DNA from: Paraphysomonas bandaiensis
Lineage: Eukaryota; Protista; Chrysophyceae
DNA: 64,000 bases
Direction of reading: 5' to 3'
Assembly: GCA_965644295.1 (NCBI GenBank)
Contig: CBFFRP010000001.1
Coordinates: forward strand, 62,001-126,000
Each line of letters starts with the position of its first letter. The stretch's first letter is position 1. Both the position numbers and the translations under genes were made by a program. This document shows positions 29,453 through 42,420 of the stretch, piece by piece. The notes beneath the pieces are model-generated. The model was given only the letters and a program-made list of their open reading frames with translations, did not search any database and was not told the DNA's origin.

Positions 29453-30776
29453 TTTTAGTTCAGGATAGCATATGGATTATATTCGCGTCATTGTTAATCG
29501 TAATGTATGTTGTATGATATACGAACATTCAATTGGCTTTCGTCCCGATTGTATTGAACTTTTATTTCTTTCCATTGTTTGTCATACGCAACATTAGACT
29601 ATAGTAAGTGTTTCTAGTCGCAAACTTCGACGCAACATAACATAAACAAACAAGTTTGGCAGCGCAAAATAACTGTCCGCATATATTCGAATCACACATT
29701 ACAGTGGACTTAAGTTTGTCGATTCATTAGTTATTAGTTAGACATATAGCATCCATCGCTCCACATTATCAACTTCCATAATACCGTTTCTTAAATTTGT
29801 GGTATCAAGAACAACTTCCTTGAGAAAGTTGTGCTTTAGAGATGCCTGCTTAAGTCAAGCATTAGGGTTGAGTTCACGTTTTAGGCTATTATTATTCCTA
29901 CTAACAATAAAATTGGTATATTACTCACCTTTCCAAAAAATGATAAATCACCTACCTATTATAAAATATATATTATATATATGTATAAATTAATCATATG
30001 TCTACCAAACCCCTGGTAAAGCCTTTTCACCAGGTTTCTTATTTACTGTAATATGATGTATGTGAGAGGTTAAAGGTAAAAAGAAAAAAGTCGCAACAAT
30101 AGTTGTTACTAAAATTATTGGTTGCATTACAAGCTGCCCCTGTTACTATAGTGTTTTTTAATATCATAATATATATTCTCATATATATAGAGCTTTCCTT
30201 CGCCTCTCTAGAGATTGCAAATGCTCCAACCAAATAGCCTGAGTTTGGATAAATTGCATACGTATAATATAACTAACTCCACTCCAACTGCATGCAATAA
30301 TACCGCTACTACACTGACAGTAGTATATTAGTACCTATGTTTGGAGACGACGCGGCATGATGATGCCTACTACTACACTTTAATAATCAGCACTCAATAA
30401 CGTCAAACTACGCTACACATCAAAACGAAACATATTACAGCAGCACAACAACAACCATACAGTAGGCTACATTATCATATACAAGCAGGATGTTGCTGGA
30501 TATATACTTACTAGTACTCCTCAGCGAAGTGGTCCCAAGTGAGTAACTGTGAGCAGTTCCTGCACCACAAAAATAGTATCACCAATGGTTAGCATTCCGG
30601 GGAAGGGACCGCTCGGTGGAACAATATAGATAATATTCACACTGAGGCTATGATTGTTCTCGTCATAATAATGTAGTCAAGCGTGCTCTTGACGATCCAC
30701 TGGATGAGCTGCTGTATTCATCAGAATATTTTGTTTTGACTTATAATTATGAAGCGTCGTGTTTGATTGTTTATAA

Positions 30777-31260
30777 CCTTCACAAAGCGACTTGCACCTC
30801 TTCGTGGTGTTCTGGGGGATAAATGCCGGGGATATTTCTCTGGGAAACTAACGTGAGTCGTATATATACTGTACAGTCAGCAGATAATTTTCTGCCCACT
30901 CATAGCCAAATGCTTGTGTGAAAAAGGCACAATTTAGTGTCACTTGTGTAGTCGTTGTTTTAAGGCCCTAAGAAACAGGCTTTCGGGAATTGGCCCTCCT
31001 CAAGGCCTGAAGGGCACCCGGGATATTGGGCTGCCCGCCGAAGTCAAGCATCCAGGCTATTCTCCTTAAGGACCCAAAAATCTAAAGTTAGCATATGTTA
31101 GGTATATCAACAGACATTCTGCTTATTTGCTGCGGTTGCTTTGAGTGATAGAGCGAAAGTTGTTGCACAAGCAGCTTTCGTAGCACTAAAGTGGGATATC
31201 AAAGTTAAGCATTGATTCTTCAACAACTCCTATTATTGCTAATAATAATACGTTCACTAC
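30777..31260 (+). mobile_element. Unclassified dispersed element, near full-length copy C (A-type)
   Basis: Shares with copy A the internal AAGT(C/T)AGCA...AGGTATA(C/T)CAACA block and the end TAC(G/A)TTCACTAC. Confidence 0.85.
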
Positions 31261-31692
31261 CAATAGTTTTTTAAAACGTTTTAATTTCTGATTGATTGAT
31301 GCGAAGAAGATTTGTATTTTTTGATAGGTAGATGGTGTATCAATAGGTAGGACAAAAGTGAAACCCGTTCACCTGAAGGGCTTTAAAGTCGGCATCTGTT
31401 TTCTTTGAGTAATAATTGATAGCTGAAGTGAATTCACCAAGCTGCTTGTGGCGTCGCACAAACCTTTCTTGCGGTCTTAAAGGAGAAAAACAGCTTAAAA
31501 GTGTGTAGTGAATAATGATTAAATTTAGCGTTTCTATTCTACTACTTTCTATTGCTATGTATTAATAGGACATTATATTATATAATTCGTGACAGTAATT
31601 TCCGATTATAACGTGCGAATTTATACTCCTTCCACCATGACACCCAAGGACTACACGTCCGTGGGTAGCTCCCGCACATACTCAAGTGTCAA

Positions 31693-31810
31693 GTGCAAAA
31701 GCGGTTGCACGTTGGTGCTTGCGGTGACGCACAAGCAGCTGTCGTAGTGTTGAATCGTAGAATATCAGAGTTAGTTAAATTGAAATGCTAAATTAGTCCT
31801 GACTCTAACC
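31693..31810 (+). mobile_element. Dispersed element, partial copy
   Basis: GGTTGCACGTTGGTGCTTGCGGTGACGCACAAGCAGC...ATATCAGAGTTA...CTGACTCT. Confidence 0.8.
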
Positions 31811-32039
31811 CATAAGTATATATATCTTGATACTTCGTAGTAAGAAATATCCTAAATACACGAAAACCAAGTACACCATGGATATTGTAATTGTAGAGCT
31901 GTAGTTGAAATAATGTTGACTAAGCGATATACCCATAGTGTGTTACAAGTGAAAGTAGTGTTAGTAACAAAAGAAAATTAGTTTCAGTAAGAGTTACACC
32001 AAAGCCTATCCTATGTACCAGCTTTATTTACATCTCGTT

Positions 32040-33567
32040 TTACTTATCTGACAGTGACGACTGCTCAGCACGTAGCGCAGCGTCCTCAGCGTGCAAGGCT
32101 TTAAATAGATCAGATATCAGCCCACGCATTGGGTCGTTGCTCACTTCCTCGGAAACACTATTTCCCTCTACATTGTCATCAACAATAGATAGGCCCTCAA
32201 GCACGTTTTCAATACGCTCTTCTCTAGCGGGAACCGGCAATAACATTGAATCAGAAGCATTGGAGTCAGACTCGTTAGAAGTCAAAGCTTTCTAAAACCA
32301 AGGAAAATATATTCTCAATAATGGACACTTTCATAACACATAACACAAATTACCTGAAAGCAGAGCACCATTGTCGGCCGAGTGAGTTCAGTATTCTTGC
32401 TCTCAGACCATACTCGACCACCTGACATAAACTTTCCTCAATTTATCTCTAGCGTAAGGAAGCAACACACACCCATATCTCTATATCCACATGACTGCAA
32501 CCACTCCTGCACGCTCTCAGTCCAAGAAGGAACTTCGAACACAATTTTTTCGCATCCTAACGACAGACTCACAGATTCTGCTCGAGAGAGTAGCATGTTT
32601 CGCAGTGACAGACTGTCCGCACTGCCAAAGAGTTCAATGACAGAGTGTGGGTCAGGGGAGCGTTCTATTCGAAGCCGTAAAGTCGCCACCATCAGCTCTT
32701 CAGGGCGAGGTGTCTCCAACAATATCCACCGCACGGATGGCTTGAGGAAATCTGATGATACCTGTAGAACAACGAATCTGTTACCTTTCCTCCATCACAT
32801 ATTCATACAATACAACAACTATAAGATAATACATAAAAGAGCAGTGGACATACACATATATAAGACCAGTGGACATACACATATATAAGACCAGTGGACA
32901 TACACATATATAAGACTAGTGGACATACACATATATAAGACCAGTGGACATACACATATATAAGACCAGTGGACATACACATATATAAGACCAGTGGACA
33001 TACACATATATAAGACCAGTGGACATACACATATATAAGACCAGTGGACATACACATATATAAGACCAGTGGACATACACATATATAAGACCAGTGGACA
33101 TACACATATATAAGACCAGTGGACATACACATATATAAGACCAGTGGACATACACATATATAAGACCAGTGGACATACACATATATAAGACCAGTGGACA
33201 TACACATATATAAGACCAGTGGACATACACATATATAAGACCAGTGGACATACACATATATAAGACCAGTGGACATACACATATATAAGACCGGTGATGG
33301 GTGTACCTCCTCTGCTGTGACTCTCCCTTTAGACACACGGAAAGAACACGGCCCTTAGTAACCATAGCAGTAAGCAAACAGCAAATGAGTAGCTATGATG
33401 TGACCTTCTTCTTCATGCGCATAAGAGCGATTGATCTGTTGGCCAGACACACGTGTTACATACATACATATATATAGAGAGAGAGCTGTACGTACCAGGA
33501 CGGATATGTCATCCACATCTTCTTCATCTGCAAAGCGAAAATCAACTTCTGGTAGAGTAAACTCCAT
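32040..33567 (-). CDS. Probable GNAT-fold acetyltransferase-like protein, multi-exon
   Basis: Spliced model reads MEFTLPEVDFRFADEEDVDDISVL/INRSY..., LLSRAESVSLSLGCEKIVFEVPSW...WLQSCGY, resembling the GNAT N-terminus and motifs A/B. One intron holds a minisatellite. Confidence 0.6.
32842..33292. repeat. 25-bp minisatellite (~18 copies), intronic
   Basis: Unit CAGTGGACATACACATATATAAGAC, near perfect, with one ACTAGT variant near 32915. Confidence 0.98.
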
Positions 33568-33624
33568 ATGTGAGTGTGAGACGATGTTGTGGAGGTCGAT
33601 TATGAGACATAATAACGACTCCAC

Positions 33625-33813
33625 ATACATACACACATACATACATACATACACACATACATACATACATACATACATACATACATACATACATACATAC
33701 ATACATACATACATACATACATACATACATACATACATACACACATACATACATACATACATACATACATACATACATACATACATACATACATACATAC
33801 ATACATACATACA

Positions 33814-33847
<34 letters not shown>

Positions 33848-34569
33848 CATACATACATACATACATACATACATACATACATACATACATACATACATAC
33901 ATACATACATACATACATACATACATACATACATACATACATACATACATACATACATACATACATACATACATACATACATACATACATACATACATAC
34001 ATACATACATACATACATACATACATACATACATACATACATACATACATACATACATACATACATACATACATACATACATACATACATACATACATAC
34101 ATACATACATACATACATACATACATACATACATACATACATACATACATACATACATACATACATACATACATACATACATACATACATACATACATAC
34201 ATACATACACACATACATACATACATACATACATACACACATACATACATACATACATACATACATACACACATACATACATACATACATACATACATAC
34301 ATACATACATACATACATACATACATACATACATACATACATACATACATACATACATACATACATACATACATACATACATACATACATACATACATAC
34401 ATACATACATACATACATACATACATACATACATACATACATACATACATACATACATACATACATACATACATACATACATACATACATACATACATAC
34501 ATACATACATACATACATACATACATACATACATACATACATACATACATACATACATACATACATACA
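33625..34569. repeat. (ATAC)n microsatellite, ~0.95 kb, between divergent start codons
   Basis: Directly visible. Confidence 0.99.
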
Positions 34570-34698
34570 ATCACAGTTTTTGCCGTATTAAGCTGTATAC
34601 CGGTGTAGTCAGCTAACGGTTGTTCGCTCTATACGGACGAGAGAGTGTGCATGTTGTCTCACTGCCTCCGTTGTCTTATAGATGTGCAGATCAACACT

Positions 34699-35679
34699 AT
34701 GGCTGAATTTCAAGATGTGAGTGATGTCACAGAGGAGTGCTCGAGCGATGTGTTGCATAACATAACAAGTGAGAGTTGCAGTGTGCGTCTAAAGGCTTTA
34801 AAAGCACTGCACGCACACTATCAGCGCAATCAGAGACCACCTCACTTATGCGTTGACGATATCATTAATGTGATGCACGTGTACTCAGACCTCCCTACTC
34901 TGAGTGTGTGTGTGAGTCTGTTGCTGTGTGTTGTTAGCGGAGATACTCATAACAAAGCCGATAACAGCAGCAGCAGTGCTACAGCACACAGCAGTAGTCT
35001 ACGTACGAGTTCGACTAGTGTAGATATTAGTAGTGATAACAATAGAAGTATAGATAGTGATAGTGATAGTGATAGTGATAGACACCGTGAACTATTTGAT
35101 AATGAGAACATCATGTCAACCCTTGTTGTCCTCCTCACTCAAGGATCTGATGAGGAGATGCTTCCAGCGCTTTGGCTGACAGAGTACATCCTTCAAGATG
35201 CCTCTCTCCGCACTGTACTATATGAAAATCAGGAGTATGCTGCTGGGTTATTAGAGGCACTGAAGTCTGGGGACCAAGAGTGTGCAACTGCTGCTGCTGC
35301 ATGTTTCTTACGCCTATCTGCCGAATCCATGCTAATTTGGCCGATATATAATGCTGGTGTTGTTCCCTTTCTTGTGCGAATGCTCTCCAGTGGGATTCAG
35401 AAAGGTAGAGTTTACGCCGCTGGAGTCCTTCGCAATCTATCCAATGATGATGCCCCTGATATCCCCGCCTATAACCACGGTATGTTAAAGGAGCCCATCT
35501 GTAATATAGGTGCCGTTGCGCCACTTGTGTCCCTCGTACGGGATAATGATACGAGCTTTGAAGGAAGACAGTGGGCGGCAGCGACATTGCGTAACTTGGC
35601 TAAGAATGATCGATGCCGAAGTATTATAAAAGGGCAAGGTGTCGAGCCGACTTTGATATACTGGTTCGGCCCTTGGTAG
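34699..35679 (+). CDS. Armadillo-repeat protein
   Basis: ARM-like repeats AGVVPFLVRMLSSG...AAGVLRNLS and GAVAPLVSLVRD...AAATLRNLA. First plausible ATG at 34699. Confidence 0.8.
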   Translation: MAEFQDVSDVTEECSSDVLHNITSESCSVRLKALKALHAHYQRNQRPPHLCVDDIINVMHVYSDLPTLSVCVSLLLCVVSGDTHNKADNSSSSATAHSSSLRTSSTSVDISSDNNRSIDSDSDSDSDRHRELFDNENIMSTLVVLLTQGSDEEMLPALWLTEYILQDASLRTVLYENQEYAAGLLEALKSGDQECATAAAACFLRLSAESMLIWPIYNAGVVPFLVRMLSSGIQKGRVYAAGVLRNLSNDDAPDIPAYNHGMLKEPICNIGAVAPLVSLVRDNDTSFEGRQWAAATLRNLAKNDRCRSIIKGQGVEPTLIYWFGPW

Positions 35680-35799
35680 TAACACTTGCATGATAGACAG
35701 AAACAAATTTTACTTCAGTACGTAATAATTTCAAATTATTTATTAGCTTATATATTTATTTTATATTTGATATATATTAAGGTCTTTAGCATCAGTCCT

Positions 35800-36532
35800 T
35801 TTATCCTTTACCAATTGCTCATTAAATCGCCAATATATTAAGATGCATTGATTTACGTATATAAATTGCGTGAATACAAAGTACAACAAGCTAATACAAT
35901 GATTATCACTGACTGTGGCTGCTATTTCATTCTTCGACAGATCAGTAACAACTTGACGCATAGTTTGCAATTCATTTATTACATCAACAACCTTTAAACT
36001 AGCAACCTCTTCTCTTCATCCTGTACTGACAGATGCAACAATACATTGACCAGAGAGTCTTCCTCTATACAAATACAAGCCAGTCTCCAGAGGTGATTTC
36101 ATTGTTAGTATGTTATTTGTATAGTAATGTGTCTGGTTATGATTGAGTTGATATAAGATACACAGTAAACACAGCATGTTTGGTATTGTTTATCATGTTT
36201 GGATGGTAGAGACTTAATTAACTGAACATGGTGTACGCACAATGCTTGAATTATAAATTTGTAGAATTATATTCAATATCATACCACTTATAATTCATTG
36301 ACATTATCTCGGATATATCACTAACTTATATATTATTCAGTTTTACAACTATGATTGCATTAGCTCTCATAGTACACTTAACCATTAGCCACTACTGTAT
36401 TCTTCGAGTATTACCTTAGAACTACAGCTTCTTATTGCTTAGAAGCAGCAAAACTCAACATTGTTGTTCTTGTTCACAGTGAGATTGACCACTGCTATAA
36501 TTAGTCTTCTGGTAACCCTCATTGCAAGCCTG
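35800..36532 (-). mobile_element. Possible degenerate hAT-like remnant
   Basis: The minus strand starts CAGGCTTGCAAT at 36532. The decayed frame IAATVSDN resembles the hAT catalytic (V)TDN motif. Weak. Confidence 0.3.
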
Positions 36533-36718
36533 AACCATTTACTTCCAAATGAAAAAAACTCTTCATATATTGATATGGATAATATAATTTTTAGAAATAT
36601 GTCATGTCACGATGTAAACATCTGTAACTCAATATATTGGTAGCAAAACTAACATAAACAAACGTACTTCTAAGTACCACGAATACCGCGAAACAAAAAT
36701 ATGACAGTGCAGTTCATA

Positions 36719-39700
36719 TTATGTCTTGCCTTCTTTTTTGTTCCGTAGAGCGATTATCTTTTCTTTCCTTGTCCTTCGACTAGGGGTTGTAGGGCCTCCA
36801 TCAGGAGCGGGGCAGGATGTCGATGACAATGACGATGTATCAGACCTAAGATCCTGTTCCACATGCCCAAAAGATTTGATTAGCGGAATTCCTCTAGATG
36901 ACCCCGACCTGCGGCGTTGAGGTACGACATGCTTCGTTGTATTTGCCTGTAACATGTTAGTCAACAGACAGCATATACTGCAACGTACATTGTGATCTTG
37001 CACACTTCCAGCAGCATTCTGGTCCAATGGGAGTTGCTGCATATCGATATCATTTCGCTGTTCACTGCGGGATGTCATCGTGATATCCGTGCTTTCACTT
37101 CCACGACGACAGCTTGAGATGGAAGAACTTAGAATGCCACTATATCTACGGTCGGAATTGGCTTGGCCTGTCGAACATATAGGTTCTGCTTCTGCCCGTG
37201 ATGCCAACAGTGCCGTAAGGGCGCGTTCTCTATCGCTCTGTTCTGTTGGAGATTCATAGGAGGGAGCTAATCGGTCACTGAGAGCAGATGAGGACCTGTG
37301 ATCATCGTCATCACTTCCCCGATTATCCAAAGTCATAAGTGCCTTCGCAATAGTGGACTGACTTAAGTGGGACCCTGGTACACTTCCTTTCATAGGAGTT
37401 GAAACTGACGAAGAACTGCCGGTGGTAATATCATTTCGGCGGGATATAATTTGTCGCTTGATATTATCTCGACGGGATTCTTGCTGAGTTAATGGAGGTG
37501 AACTGTTCCGAGTTTGGCCTCTATATGCAGGTACTACGCCTTTTGGAGGACTATATAGATGAGGCTGAAAGGAGCACCCCTTGTATTTCTCTTCCTCCAC
37601 CTTCTTTTTAACTGATGATTAAGAATTATAGTCAGCATGATAATAATATTGGCCACAAGACACTTACTTTGCTCTGCCCGTTGTCTCGCAGCGTCAGCCT
37701 CTTGAGACAATATATCTTCTATAGATTTCTCTACGCATTAAAATAAGATAAAATCAGAAGTTCACAACATATCCTAGGCACCTCCTGTCCTCCCCTTGCG
37801 CTTGGCAAGAGAAGACGAAGTATTGTCAATATGTGGCCGAAATGTTAGCTGGCTTGCTTCTGCATGTAACAGTTCTTGTACTACCTATTTCCACACAGGA
37901 TGTTACCACTATGGAAAGCTGAATCCACTCCTACCTCTAGTCGTGGTTTCGGTACGTGTATGTAAGCCTTCCCTACACCTTGACGGCATCGACGAACCGC
38001 ATCTTCCATCTGATGAATAGCATTACTTTTCACGTGTATCTAATGTGCGCTGGAATGCGTACCATGCCAACAAACTCAGTATAATCTATCATATAGCGAT
38101 CATCTCCAGCATCGACCCCAGCGCGCTGAATAACCGACACTGACGCTACGCGTTTTCCCGCTCGCCTCATTCCACGATTGCGAACTGTGAGTCATATCTC
38201 ATTACACATAAGTACATGCAAGAGGCATACCATTAACAATCAAGTCTCGGATGTCTTCCGCCATCATATCTGGGTCGATAGAACGCACGTCTAATTTCTT
38301 GTCTTCCCAATCCTGAATCTAGCTAACATGATGACAATTAATAGCTATTCAAAGACAAACCTTTTGAGATAAGGCAGTGAGCATTTCTGGTGACGATGGA
38401 TCATATGGCCTGCAATCCGTCTCAGGAATGGACTCTTTTAACTGCATCAAAGAGGTATCACATTACAAGAACAAACTAAACAAGTAAAATACACCTCTTG
38501 AACGGCCAGTAGTATTCTATATATTTCTTCCGTGCTCTGTCTGAGCGAATTATTCAAAATAGAGGCTGACTTCGGCAAAGCGGCGTGCTGTTTCTCCTTG
38601 ATCTCCCGCTCTTCTTTTGCCTGCAGTATAGAGATAAGAACAGATCGATCACTATTTGCCAAACACTTACAACATACTCAGACTGCAACTTCTGTATTCG
38701 CGACTTATGTTCCTTCCCTCTACGCATATCGTTATCATAACAGAATACATATATGCACCCATACTTTCTAAGTAGCTTGTCTGCAATATCTTCCTTATCG
38801 TCATCTTTGATCACAGCTTGAAACGAACTGGACTCAGGTAAGGGACCAACAGTTGGTTTGAAATATTTCTGTCAAATTGTATTAAACACGAAGTCAAAAA
38901 TCGCATTGAAGGAACCTTATTCGTGCTCGGATCATAGCTATAAGCCCGATCCCTAGAACAAAATATAAGACATCTAGGGTATAAACGATGTTAAGAACAG
39001 ACTCTGCTGCTTTCTTCTTTGATCTAAGCTCTATATACTCGTATGTCAAACGGTTAACAGTTTCCTCAACTTCACGACTGGACTTCTTCACTGGTCTGAC
39101 TTTTCTGCTTTCAGATTCGCCTGGAACCAAAACATTTAGCTAACTCAGGTACATCCTACCAATACATACTTTGATGCTTCGATGGTACTTCCTTCCCAGG
39201 TACCGCTTGCCTGCAGAGGGTCTCGCCAACAACTAATCTGCGCACACAGTGTTACTGAACAAAAAGTAAAAAAAAAAGCTAAACCTTTCTGTAACTGGAA
39301 GAGACAGGTAGGTGCTAAGTCCAGTCTCTGCAACAGAAATCTTGTTTCCAATATCTCCAAGAACTTCTGAACACCATCATTCATAGCAAATATCGACTTT
39401 TTATACAGACCTGTTTTCGAATTCCTGCTGTCATCTCTCCCACGACAGTGCTTTTTCAGTAATTCTTTAGAAGAATCGGGGATACGAGGCCTTATTTTAT
39501 GAGTGAGAGACAGCTAACGAAATTTTCTTGTACCTGAACGTCAATACTTCATCTTCATCTCCCCAAGCATTGCGAATTAGTTTAACCTTCTTTGCCTGCA
39601 TATACATATGAGCCATATCAAGTGCATGCAGCTTAACATTTTACCTGTAATTCTTTGTTGGCGTATAAGTATTCGTGTAGGGGTTCATTCCCACGCCGTC

Positions 39701-41524
39701 TACTAGAGCCAGAAAATTCGCTCGGACCTTACGGAGCATAATAAGACACCAGCAACGCCTATACGACAACGTACCGGCTACAAGCTCCGATACATTAGTT
39801 GGCTGAAATGAGCAAAGCCGCTGCTCAGATTCGAATCCACATTTCTCACATTTCAAGTGATATTCCACCTCAGTGGAAGTCATTTTACTTCCAGGTCGTA
39901 TCTCATTAAATGACCCGCACTGTAGACACGACCTACGCAACGTCTTAGTTCATTACTGATGGGCTGCTGCAGAGATTCCCCACCAATCCGAAACAGTCGA
40001 CTCTCTGTATTTCGCGTTTTCCCGTGCCAGCTTTTCTCGCTTTTGTTTCTGGGTCTTTGCATCCTCATAAAGTCGCTCAGCTACATCTGTAAAGAATTCA
40101 AAACTCACATTAGGACCAAATATGCACTGAATAGTATCTACCTTTTGACTTGTTACTCGAGAAACCGATATTTTGTACTACTGCTTTCGAGCCACGGGAA
40201 AGTTTGAACCTGCCTGCCTCCATCTCAGCCCGCTCCCGTGCCTCGGACTGAGCCCTCCGCAAATCCCGACGTTGCCCCTGCACTTTGGCATAATCGTGAA
40301 GTCGCGAGCCAACTCCGGCATTGCTATTTGTCCGGACTGATGCATTAGACATGGAGTGGCCCATGACCCTACTTTTGGAAAGCACAAGGCTGGATCGCTG
40401 CTTTACAGTACTGCAACAACGTCACTCAATCCATAAGGCAAAAAATACTACTCACGGAGGAATTGAGACGTTGTTCTGCTGCTTTTGATGTGAGAGTGAA
40501 TGGCTCTTTTTCCCAAGACCTTTCCACGCACGCTGCGGGAATAAATACGTGATAGTGATGAGGAAATCACCTGATAAAGGGTTTCACTAACCTTCACTCT
40601 AGCATAAAGAGCAGACCCTCGTTGGTCCTTTGCAGCAGCATCTCCCGCTTCCCTCTGCTCTGCCTCATCTATATATGCACTAATGTCTCCAGAAAGGCTG
40701 GCGTCTATATCCTCCCCATTTCCTCTACCCGGGCCTGAGGATATCGCACTTATATCCAATCCAGGAATCCCTTCACCAGAAACAGGATTAAGATCCGATA
40801 TATCTAGATTACCTCGCATCACTATTGAATCTTGTGACTGAAGCTGATGACGAGAAGAGCTCCCCGTGGGTGATAACGTTGTATCAGGATGACCCTCCTC
40901 GTTCACTGAATTTGTAACAGTGGAAACCGACTGTTCGTCTTCTACTCTCCTACCGTCATCATAACAATCTATATTCGCAGAACTTTCGTGCTGTGTCTGC
41001 TGATGATCTGGGCTAGTGAGAGGAAGATCCACTGGGTCGCTGGCTGTGGGTTCAACATCTGGGTAACGGGCAACATCCAAGGCTCCACCCTCCATACCGG
41101 TGTCTGAATACGAGTCGTCTACACCACCTACTAAGTCATGTGACTGCTAAATAGAGATAATTATACCTAAAGTAGGAGATTGCGGTCGTAGCTCCGAATT
41201 TGCCTCCTTAAATTTCTCGATTGTTGACTGTATATGGGAAGCAATAGTTGGGATGGCCGTCTCTTTCATTCCGTGTTTCGATACGAAGTCCTACATATCA
41301 TAAGCGTACAATACATGAGAGGATATATCCAGTACCTTAGCAAGCTTGAGGGAGTCATCGTTCCAGTGGACAGTGATGCTGTCTTGGTTTCCTTTACCGA
41401 AAGCGATCTCAATGACCATCATCTCATTGTCATCCCCCTCATAAGAGTCCTCATCATACGACCCTTCATAAGAGCCCTCATAGGAGCCTTCATAGCTAGA
41501 TATAGAGGAGCTACTGTGAGACAT
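36719..41524 (-). CDS. Large multi-exon low-complexity protein with repeated (T/S)FxPxI motifs and a CxxC...CxxC ribbon; function unknown
   Basis: Many minus-strand ORF pieces separated by ~50-nt GT-AG introns. Motifs CSFQPT, FKPTV, LTFRPHI, CSFQPHL and CLQCG...CEKCG. N-terminal IEIAFG...ITVHWND..LAK segment. It could be two genes. Confidence 0.65.
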
Positions 41525-42420
41525 GGATAGTGGTGTGGTAGAGAGAGAGGCGAATGTGTTATGAGGGTGTTACGTGTGGAGATAAGTGTATATAGTGCAC
41601 TGTATGGATGAGTGTGTGTGTATGTATATATGATCGACCTCGTATATGACTACACGATAATTATATATACAGACAGATGCAGGTATCAGTGAACAAGAAA
41701 CAGTATAGACTGTGGTATGATTTATAGCTCTTCACTTATCCTTAACATGATGCTACCATATAGAGGAGTGGGTGATCTATTTGTACTAACAGTCACTGTG
41801 TGTATATACAGTACGCACACAGCAGCAGTAAACACCGTTGCTGATACCTGACACTACTGTACATCCCGATATACTGCTGCTGTACAGCTGTACAATTGTA
41901 CACACTGTCATATAGAGACGGTGTACAGCCGTAGTACAAATTGGAGGAGGTATTTTTACAACAGTCATAAAAAAATAATATTGGATATACGTATACAGGT
42001 ATAGTATTATGTATACAGGAGTTTGTCAAGATCTAGATTTCGAAAAAGTGTTCCAGAAAAAGAGGGATCTTATAAGAAAACCCTGATTATTAGTTTAAAA
42101 ATGTGGTGGTATTTATATATTTTTATATTAAAAACGTCCTTTCGATGATGATATTTGTAGGGGGTTGGTGTGTGTAACAATCATGATACTTCATACCATA
42201 CACACACATACAGCAGCATGCATACATCATCACTCTCCTGTTGTACTGTATTTCTCTGCATACATATATATATATGTATATTTCTCCTACAAAATATTGA
42301 GCTCGCCGGGCGGTCTCTATATAAGCACATTGCCAATGAGCCTTCCACACATATAGTTTCCTTCAATAGTTATCCATATTAATAGGCAACTGTCGCCTAG
42401 TGAGATATATATAATTAATT

